DNA of 64,000 nt from Eledone cirrhosa (lineage: Eukaryota), in contig OZ024757.1 in the NCBI GenBank assembly GCA_964016885.1, positions 34,348,001 to 34,412,000 on the forward strand. Reading direction: 5' to 3'. The position numbers and the translations under genes were made by a program. Below the pieces are notes generated by a model. The model was not told where the DNA came from, ran no database searches, and saw nothing but the letters and a program-made list of their open reading frames with translations. Of this stretch, positions 36,301 through 47,918 are shown piece after piece (position 1 is the first letter of the stretch; each line of letters starts with the position of its first letter).

Positions 36301-39300
36301 TATGAGATTTTGATATTATTTATTTTGAAAACAATACCTTGACATCAATATCAGTGGCTGATTACAACCAGTATAAACAGAAAGATGTGAGAGAATTCTG
36401 GCAGGATATGGTTAGTTTAAATGCTAAAGTGTTAATGAATCTGACCATCAAAACAACCAGAAATTATTCATTTTTTAGTTAGCTTAGGTGGGGACACCCT
36501 TGAAGGTGAAGCTGTTTTTAATGCATTTCGAATGATTATAGCCTGCAAAACTGTCTGAAATTATTTGATTGTTTTTTTTTAGTGAACTGGGGAATGATCA
36601 AATGCTTATTGTATATACTCAAATATAAACTGGGGAATATGTAACAAAGAAAGCCATGGTAAAGTGGTGGTGGAGGTTAAATATGCTGTATATAAATTGT
36701 TTAGACATAAAATAGAAGGCGGGAGTTTTGTATTCAGATCAGCATATCATCATCATCGTCGTTTAACGTCTATCTTCCACGCTAGCATGGGTTTAGACGG
36801 GAATTGTCCCACGTGAGGCGAGATTGGTTGTCTTGCTCGTATAGGACTGTCTGGCAGGTTTTCTACGGCTGGATGCCCTTCCTAACACCAACCACGTTTA
36901 CAGTGTGGACTGGGAGGTTTTTACCGTGTTACCTACACGGCCACATTACAGCGTGACATCTACACAACCTCATTTATTTAGGACTGGATGTTGTGGCACC
37001 AACATAACTTTAGGTGGGGGTAAGGGTAGTGGGGTGGGGGTGTATTTTTGGTTAGGAGGTGCCTACTGACTAGGTTTCGCTTTGTACTTAGGCAAGGCGG
37101 GTCTTCTGTATTACTGCGTAGCGCCAAAAAATCTCGACCCAGTGACAATGTCTTGGAGAGGTGTAATTCAAATATATATGGTAATATGCAACCCACAAAG
37201 TTGTTTCTATTTTTGTGCTTATGGTCAAACTTTCTGATTCCCTACTAATAACTTACCATTCTGTTTCAGACCAACGATTTACCGTCTGTTCATGTCGGTA
37301 TTAAATTTTCGTGTAAATTCAATCTGAAAGAAATTCAGGAGCGGTGGTATGCTCTTCTCTATGACCCCATTATATCAAAGTGAGTACCAGTTTATCTTTG
37401 ACACAGTTTTTCAAACATCTATTTGTTTTTTTATTGACCAATTCAGACCGTGTTGGTTTTATTGTTTTACTTCACTTATATTGGTTCTGAAGATGTGTGT
37501 GCTATAGCAGTTGGGTTGATGGAACGGCCTGCTTGTGAAATTAACCCTTTAGCATTTACATTACTCTATATTTACTATTGTATTTTTGTGGTAAAGGCTT
37601 TATCTCATATACTGTATTTCCCAGCATCGAAGATGCTACTTTTTTCCTAAAATAAGTCTTAAAAATTTACCATGCGTTCTGGAGGACGAAGGTTGTCGAA
37701 ATTAGGGTGTCTTTGGCGCCGGGAAATACGGTAATTATCTCACATATCAAATCTGAGATTTTGATGTTATTTATTTTGAGAATAATACCTTAATGTGAGT
37801 ATGAACGGCCAGTTTGAACAGAAAGAGGTGAGAGAATTCTGGTCAGATACAACTGGTTTAAATGCTAAAGAATTTGTTTTTCTCTGCTAACAAGGGTTGG
37901 ATGGATCTTGACAAACCAAGTCAGTACTTAAGTGGAGCTACTGACCTCTCAGATGGACAGGGGAGGCCTGCGTCTCGTTTACGTATGTTCCTGTATCCTT
38001 CCGAGTGTATTTTATCATGGCTCCAGCTCTAGGGAGGTTGTGATGTCTTTGACACAGCTGAAGTGTCTTCTCAGCCCTTTGTTTGACAACTTTTCTACAA
38101 TTGGATTCTGTTTCTGTCACCAGCCCCTTTACAGTGTGTACTTGGTGTGTTTATTGTCTAGATCACCAAACTAGAGAGATTGTCATGTCTTTGACACAGC
38201 TGACGAGTTCTCTTGACTCTGTTTGGTGAGTTTACCATAGCTGGATATCCTTCCTAACACTAACCACTTTACAGAGTTTGATTTTGGTGTGTATATTGTG
38301 GCCTACACACACCAGTGAAGTTGTCATGTCTTTGACATAGCTGAAGAATCCTCTTGGTTCTTTGTTTGACAGGTTTTCTATTGCTGAAGCTATAGATTAT
38401 ACTGGATGTTTTTATCAAGAGCTAGGGAGGTTGTCATGTCTTTGACACAGCTGAAATGTCTTCTCAATCCTTTGTTTGATAAGTTTTCTACAGTTGGATT
38501 CTGATCCTATCACCAGCCCCTTTACAGAGTGTATTTGATGTGTTTATGGTCTAGATCACCAACATTAGGGAGGTTGTCATGCTGAAAATTCTTCTACAAT
38601 TTAAATTGTAATGAATTTTTTTCTTTTTCTTTCTGTTCTACAGATTAGCAGTAACAGCAATGAAACAGCTACATCCAGATGTAATCGCTAACATTCAATC
38701 AAAGACATTATTTAGCAAAGGAGAAGAGACTCTTTTAGGCAAAGTAACCTCGGTAAGTTGGCATAGCAAGTGAGTTGACAGTGTCCCTGTATGTCATAAG
38801 TGGTGACTAAAAGATTTGGTGTAACAAGTGGGTTGACAGTGTCCCAGCATGTCGTAAGTGGTGACTAAAAGATTTGGTGTAGCAAGTGGGTTGAAGTTTT
38901 CTCCTTATTGCTATAACTTATTGCTATAACTGTGTCCTTGCATACCATATGTGCATACCATGCATGAGGGTACACATTGCTAACTCCTGAATGGTTTTTA
39001 GGACCTTTTAGTAATAGGCTGAAGCTACTCAAAAATGGCTGGCATTTAAAAAAAAAATGCTATATACATTGTGAAGAAAAATTGCTCATGGTTGTTATCG
39101 AACCATCTTGCTTGGGGTCTACCCCTGGGTCTCCTGCCGGATGGTTTTACCCGTAAAATCTGTCCTGCGATTCTTTCCTGAAACATTTTAACCACATGCC
39201 CATAGTCAAAAGAATTAGGCTTGTGCCCAGCTAAAAGAAAATTCTTTATGATTATTGTTCATCATCATGATGGTTGTTTTATATCTATCTTTCCACAGAC

Positions 39301-42300
39301 AAGTCAGCCAACTCTAGAGATATTTCAAGATCTACTTAGTAAATATAGAGATGTGTTTCATTCCTCTCGCATTGCAAAAGGTTTACAGAACCATTGGGTT
39401 TTGATGAAGCAGTACCACTTACTACCAGACCAATCAGGTAAATTATCTTTGTTTAACCTCTTTCCTTATTATATTTGTAACGAAATAGACTATATTTGAA
39501 TTAATCCTTTAGCATTTACATTACTCTATATTTACTATTGTATTTTCATGGTGAAGGCTTTACCTCACATAATATCGAATCTATGAGATTTTGATATTAT
39601 TTATTTTGAGAACAATACTTTAACATCAGTATGAGCAGCCGGTTACTGCTGGTTTGAACAGAAAGAGGTGAGAGAAATCTGGCCGGATATGGTCAGTTTA
39701 AATGCTAAAGGGTTAAGACGGTATTCATAATGTAATTTAACAAAAGGTTCTTATATCAATTTATGTTGAGAGATTTTAATTTAAATGGGAACACTTTAAT
39801 CCTTTTGTTAGCATATTACAAATGAAATATACTGTATTTGAATTAATTAATGAAGTATTTGGAGGGATTTACTAAAATTATTACGAGGGTCAGCCAAAAA
39901 GTTCATAGGCTGACCAAGATACTTTCATGGAATGACCAAATGAGGTTTATTTTTCAACATAGTCCCTGGAAAGAAACAATGCAATTATTGATAAGAAGAG
40001 TTGAAATTAATGCATGTAAGATTTTGCAACTCTATCATCAGTTGATCCTCATATGTGCTAAATTGGTAGTCATTACAATGTTGGATGGATTGCTTTGTGG
40101 CATTCTTTCTGGTTCTCTGAGCTGTTTGTTTGAAAATCTACATTATAAAATAAATAGGATGGTTTGGGGTCTCAATATATATGTGTGTATATGTGCATAG
40201 TAATGTGTGTTTATATATATTTACACAGTTCAACCTATGCCGCGAGGAGATCACGTCTTAAATTTCTCAGATGTTGAAGATATGATGGACGATGAGACTT
40301 TACAGTAAGTTATTTCTTTTTTATAATAGTTCGAACTTTCAAAAGGAATATATGTTGATGTAGGGCAGAATGGAACACCACTTTACACTATATACTATGA
40401 TTGGCGTTGGGTGGGACATCTGGTCATAGAAACCATGACAAATATGGTATTGGATGGGACATCTGGTCATAGAAACTGAGCTAAATATGGTATTGGGTTG
40501 GACATCTGGTCATAGAAACTGAGCCAACTATGGTATTGGGTGGGACATCTGGTCATAGAAACTGAGCCAAATATAGTTTGAAATGTCTGAGAAACCTTGT
40601 TGGAGGCCTGCTACACCTTCATAGGTGTGAACTGTAGCAACAACATAATAGTACTGGAGGCCCTGATACTTAAATCACTCGAGAAACCTCCTGCAAGATG
40701 CAACCTCGTAGGAAGCCAGCTAAACATGCATAAGTGTGCACTGTAACACCATAATTATGTTTGTGTATCATTAAAACACCCAAGAAACTTATGAAATACA
40801 ATCTTCTAAGAGGTCAGCTGAACCTACCTAGGTTTGAACTGTAACAAAAACATGAAAAGACTGGGCCCCCTATTGTTAAAACACCTAAAATAAAGTCCTA
40901 TATGACACAACCTTATATGAGGCCAGCTAAACCTGCATAAGTGTGAGCTGTAACAACAACATGATAGGACTGGAGGCCCCTGATCCTTAAAACACAAGAG
41001 AAACCTCCTATGAGAAAGAATCATGTAAGAGGCCAGCTGAATCTACCTAGGTTTGATCTATAATAACAACAACATGATATGACTGGTGCTCCTATCATTA
41101 AAACAACCAGAAAACCTCTCATAGTAGAGCAGCTAAATCTGCATAGGTGTGAGCTGTAACTTTCATTTCAAGTTTTTTCATTTCCTCTAATTGCAGGGAC
41201 CCAAGAGATGAAGTACTGGAGCATGGTAAGGACCAATATTTTTACTTATTACTCTCCTTGTGGTTCTATAGCTTTCTTCTCTTTAAATGAATATAATGGT
41301 TTCTGATTTAGACACATGGTTAACAATTTTGAGAAAAGGGAATGTCAAATTGACCCCTGTGCATTACTAGTACTTTATTTGATCGACCCCATAAGAATGA
41401 AAGGCAAAACGATTTGAACTCAAGATTTGAACTCAATGTTAAGTGCTGTGACTGCTGCAAAGCATGTTGCCCGATGCTCTATCGATATTGCCAATCCACT
41501 GCCTTCTTTAAATGAATATAATAACAGTTGAAAGTTAAAATAATTTACTTTACCAAAACTTAAAAAGTGTCTTTATATATACAGGGTGTCCCAAAAAATG
41601 CATACACACTTCAACAGCATTCTAATACATATGTGTATACATTTTTGGGACACCCTGTATGTGTATGTAAGTTTGAGTGGTTATGTATTGATCATTATAT
41701 GTGTCTATGAATGTAATTATATATGTGTGTATGAATGTAATTATATATATGTGTGTATGAATGTTATATATGTGTGTGTATGAATGTTATATATGTGTGT
41801 GTATGAATGTTATATATGTGTGTGTATGAATGTTATATATGTGTGTGTATGAATGTCATATATGTGTGTATGAATGTCATATATGTGTATGAATGTCATT
41901 ATATATGTGTGTGTATGAATGTAATGTGTGTGAATGTTATATATATATGTGTGTGTGTATGAATGTTATATATATGTATGTGTGTGTATGAATGTTATAT
42001 ATATGTATGTGTGTGTATGAATGTTATATATATGTATGTGTGTGTATGAATGTTATATATATGTATGTGTGTATGAATGTTATATATATGTATGTGTGTA
42101 TGAATGTTATATATGTGTATGTGTGTATGAATGTTATATATATATGTATGTGTGTGTATGAATGTTATATATATGTATGTGTGTGCATGAATGTTATATA
42201 TGTGTGTGTGTGTGTGTGTATGAATGTTATATATGTGTGTGTGTGTGTATATGAATGTCATGTGTGTATATGAATGTCATATATATGTGTGTATGTGTTT

Positions 42301-45300
42301 GTTAGCTTGTGTGGTTGTGTACCGATCATTACTTCAGTTTGTATCTAAAGACACACAGCTTAGTAGTTAGGGTGTGGAATACATGACCATAACATCCTAG
42401 ATTTGATTCCTGGACCAGTCAGTACATTGCGTTTATGTTGCTTTTCATGATAGGACTGCAGCCCCCTATCATTAAAACACCCAAGAAACCTTATATGAGC
42501 TACAGGATACAGCCTTGTAGAAGGCCAACTAAACTTGCACAGGTGTGAGCTGTAACAATATTATAGGACTAGGCCCCCTCTCATTAAAACACCAGTTAAA
42601 CCTATATAGGTGTGAGCTGTAATAACATGATAGGACTGGGGCCCCCTCTCATTAAAACACCAGTTAAACCTCTATAGGTGTGAGCTGTAATAACATGATA
42701 GGATTGGAGCCCCCTCTCATTAAAACACCAGTTAAACCTATATAGGTGTGAGCTGTAATAACATGATAGGATTGGAGCCCCCTCTCATTAAAACACCAGT
42801 TAAACCTATATAGGTGTGAGCTGTAATAACATGATAGGACTGGGGCCCCCTCTCATTAAAACACCAGTTAAACCTATATAGGTGTGAGCTGTAATAACAT
42901 GATAGGACTAGGCCCCCTCTCATTAAAACACCAGTTAAACCTATATAGGTGTGAGCTGTAATAACATGATAGGACTGTGGCCCCTCTCATTAAAACACCA
43001 GTTAAACCTATATAGGTGTGAGCTGTAACAATATTATAGGACTAGGCCCCTCTCATTAAAACACCAGTTAAACCTATATAGGTGTGAGCTGTAATAACAT
43101 GATAGGATTGGAGCCCCCTCTCATTAAAACACCAGTTAAACCTATATAGGTGTGAGCTGTAATAACATGATAGGATTGGAGCCCCCTCTCATTAAAACAC
43201 CAGTTAAACCTATATAGGTGTGAGCTGTAATAACATGATAGGATTGGAGCCCCCTCTCATTAAAACACCAGTTAAACCTATATAGGTGTGAGCTGTAATA
43301 ACATGATAGGATTGGAGCCCCCTCTCATTAAAACACCAGTTAAACCTATATAGGTGTGAGCTGTAATAACATGATAGGATTGGAGCCCCCTCTCATTAAA
43401 ACACCAGTTAAACCTATATAGGTGTGAGCTGTAATAACATGATAGGATTGGAGCCCCCTCTCATTAAAACACCAGTTAAACCTATATAGGTGTGAGCTGT
43501 AATAACATGATAGGACTGGGGCCCCCTCTCATTAAAACACCAGTTAAACCTATATAGGTATGAGCTGTAATAACATGATAGGATTGGAGCCCCCTCTCAT
43601 TAAAACACCATTTATACCTACATTGGTGTGAGCTGTACCAACAACTAGTCTGTATAACTTACCTGTATTTAATCTATTTCAGAACTTGATATTGCCGATC
43701 GACGGAACAAAAGAGAAGTTCGACACCTTGAACAGGAACTCCCCAAGTGGCAGGTTTTAGTAGACAGCGTCACCGGTAATTTAGACTTATTTCATAGCAA
43801 CAACACCACCACCACCACCACCACTGCCACAACACCACCACCACCACCACCACCACCACACCACCTCAGCCATGCCACCAAGAACAACACCACCACCACC
43901 ACCACTGCTACAACACCACCTCAGCTATGCCACCAAGAACAACAACAACGCCACCACCACTACCACAACAAGAACACCAATAGCACCACCACCACCCTCA
44001 GCTCATCCAGACTCTCACATTTACGCTACACATCCAATGAAGCATGGTAGCTTCATCTCTCCACCCCTCTCTCTCTATATATATATATTTATAGAGGGAG
44101 AGAGATACCATACATATAAAATATGGGTTGGCATCAGGAAGAGCATCCACTGCCTCAAAAAAGTCCCATCCAACCCATGCTAACATTGAAAAATGGGTGT
44201 AACAACAATGGTGATGATGTATATGGAATAATGAATGAAGCAGTGTTGTAGTAGGCCAGAATATTTCTTTGATATTGAAAAACACACACACACAAAAAAG
44301 ACACATGTATATTTTTTGTTTACTTTGATAAAGTCTGTTTGTAAATGAGTGTTTTATTTGTGATTACAGGTGTAAGTCCCCAGGACTTTGATAACCAGAC
44401 ACTAGCAGTATTACGAGGGCGATTAGTTAGATATTTAATGAGATCAAAAGAGGTGAGTTTGTTTATTTTCATCTTCATTGCCATTACTTGATACTATCAT
44501 CAATATCCCCATCTCTACCACTAACATCACCACCACAAATATTTTCCACTGTCCCATCCACTACCATCTACCAACATTATCATCACCACCACCAACACCA
44601 ATATTTTCCACTATCCCATCCACCACCACCACCTACCAATATTCACTCTGTAAACTGGTAGTACATGTGCCAAAATAAAATGCACCTAGTACACCCTGTA
44701 AGGTATCCAGTTGTAGAAACCATGTCAAACTAGAATGTATGAGTAAGGTGTGACCATATGACACATTTTACAATCAGTTGTCATACAAATGATGCCATAA
44801 GGGCATAAACCACAGTAAATGTCTTTGCACGGTATTTAAATTGCACATGGCTTAGTGGTTAGAGCATTGGGCTTGCAATCGAAAGGTTGTGAGTTCAAAT
44901 CTCAGACCGGGTGATGTGTTGTGTCCTTGAGCAAGACACTTTATTTCACATTGCTCCAGTTTACTCAGCTGTAGAAATGAGATGATAGGACTGGGGTGCC
45001 TATCATTCCACTGCAAAGTGGTCGTGGAGGTGCCACGGCAAAAAAACCACCCAGCAGTCACTGTAAATGAGGTTGGCAGCCATGTATATTGGATTAAGAG
45101 GTGCCTCATGAATGTACGTTTAAGTCCGTGCACAAATATGTGTTGTTGATAATTGTTTGTTTAAAAAAATAGTCATTTTACTGAAAAGAAACCTGCCACA
45201 GCAACTGTAGCTGTGTAAAATATGTGTGGCAGTCAACAGGTTAAGATCCCACATTTTCTCAATTTCAGTTGTCAGATCGTTATATTTACTGAACTTTGTT

Positions 45301-47836
45301 ATTATTATTATTAAAATGGTGATGAATGCTGACCTGTGTTAATGTTGCTTCTATCTTTCTGCTCAGATTACGTTGGGTCGCGCTACAAAGGACAATCACA
45401 TTGATGTAAACCTATCTCTAGAAGGACCAGCTTGGAAAATCTCCCGGCTACAGGGCATCATTAAACTGCGACACAATGGAGACTTTTTTATAGCTAACGA
45501 GGGCAAGAGACCTATTTATGTTGACAGTAAACCAGTACCTACTGGTAATAAACAGAAACTAAACAACAATGCTGTAGTAGAGGTTAGTGTTGCTACACTT
45601 TCTATGTTTACACTTCTTTAACCCTTTTATTAACATATTTCTAATGTAAGACACTGTCTATTGTTTTTAAATAATTTGGTAAATTTTCATGGATCTGGAA
45701 CGATTTAATTAACTAATTAATTTTCATTAAGTTGGTGTTTGGAACATAACTTAAATGTTCTTACAGAAAATTATGATGACAGGCTTTCAGATAAATACAA
45801 ACACTTTAATCTTTTTGTTACCATATTTCTAATGAAAGACACTGTCTATTATTTTCAAATAACTTTGTAAATGATCAAGAATTTGGAAGAATTTAGTCAA
45901 ATAACTTTTTAATAATAAGCTGGTGTTTGGAACATAACTTAAAGGTTCTTACCATATATTTCTAAAAAAAAATCAGTCTATTATTTTCAAATAAACCTGA
46001 AGATCCTAAAGAATTCTGAACAATTTAGTAAAATAACTTTTTCAATAATAAGCTGATGTTTGGAACATAACTTAAAGGTTCTTGCCATATATTTCTAAAG
46101 AAAATCACTGTCTATTATTTTTAAATAAATCTGAAAATCCTAAAGAATTTGGAAGGATTTAGTAAAATAGCTTTATCATTAAGTTGGTGTTTGGAACATA
46201 ACTTAGCAAAGGTTCTTACAGAAAATTATGATGCCAGGATTTTAAATAAAATTAAGCACTTTAATCTTTGTTACCATATTTCTAATGAAGGACATTGCCT
46301 ATTATTTTCAAATAACTTTGTAAATGATTAAGAATTTGGAAGGATTTAATAAGCTGGTGTTTGGAACATAACTTAAAGGTTCTTACAGAAAATTGTGGTG
46401 TTAGGCTTTCAGATGAATACAAACACTTTAATCTTTTTATTACCATATTTCTAATGGAAGGATTTAGTAAAATAACTAACTTTCTCATTATTAATAAGAA
46501 GACCCTCTTACATGCCTGCTATCAGGAACTCATCTGACTATCTTCTTTCTGAAAAGAGGTGGACCTTTGTGAGGTGGAGAGAATTCTTTGGTGATCCTCT
46601 AAATCTGGTCACATCTGATGTACATGAGGTGCATCTGGTGGTAAGGATTAACTTCTTGAAGGCTGAGGTCACCAGAGCAATTAAAGCACTCCCATGTGGC
46701 CTAGGGGTAAGGGTGTTGAACTTACGATCATAATGTTGTGGGTTTGATTTCTGGGCTGGGTTGCATGTTGTGTTCTTGAGCAAGACTCTTTATTTCGCGT
46801 AGCTCCAGTATACTCAGCTGAAAATGAGTACCAGCAATAGCTGGGGGTTTAACCCTGCGATGAACTGGCATCCTGTCCAGGGGGAGTTTTGTACTGTCAC
46901 TTCAAGCCATGAAACCGGGATAAGCATGGGTCTAATGAGCTTTCTGGCTTAAGACAAACTTTTTTTAGACATGTGGCAAGACCTCTGGGGAGGATGAAAT
47001 TTCGCCTAAGATGTTAAAAGCCTTAAATAAAGAACGTATTTTCTGGTTGATTCGTGTGTGATGGGTGGCCAGGATAGTTTGAAAGGCACCAAAGCGATAT
47101 ATATAAAATGATAATGATGATATACACACGTGTGTTTGTGTATATATGGAAGTATGTATGTGTGTGTATATGTGTATGCCAGTTTCTGCAAAAATTATAT
47201 CGACAGTTTATAAAAACTTGCAGTGACTATTGTTTATAACAATATATTCTGCACCCTAATGGATTGATGAATACCAGTGATATCTAATATATATATATAT
47301 ACACACACACACATACACACACTTCAATATATGGTACGTAGGCGTATAGTTTCAAAATACTTAAGTTCCATGTGGTTTGTCTATCAGAAGGTGAATTCCA
47401 TGCAAGCGTGGAAAATAGACATTAAATGATGGTGATGATATATATATATATTCAGGGTGTCCCAAAAAATGTATTCACTCTGTTTACATAATCTAAATAA
47501 TTTGTATTTATTTTAATGCACTTTTTGGCTGTAGAAGTGTGTATACATTTTTTGGGTCACCCTGTATATATATATATATATATATATATATCATCATCAC
47601 CATTTAATGTCTATTTTCCACGCTTGCATAGGTTGTCACATCATGAGTAACCATGTCAGACCAGGTAACCATGTTTGTTCACATGGATCTGTTTTGGGCT
47701 TGGTTTCTACGGCTCGATGCCCTTCCTGACACAAACCACTTTACAGCGTGGACTGAGTGCTCTTTATTGTAGCACCAGAATGACCACTTCATGGGGTGGA
47801 TTTGTTGTTGAACCAGCTCAATCATCTTACATGGTG

Positions 47837-47918
<82 letters not shown>

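Noticed and set aside
42542-43640. Regular array resembling a CRISPR locus
   Set aside because: The whole 68-bp unit repeats with no unique spacers, there are no cas genes, and it lies in a eukaryotic intron.
43872-44183. Pro/Thr-rich ORF
   Set aside because: (CAC)n/(CAA)n repeat in an MCRS1 intron running into a SINE tail; not needed for the MCRS1 frame.
44843-44915. tRNA-like sequence
   Set aside because: No proper acceptor stem, and it runs straight into a CORE-like SINE body present in several dispersed copies.
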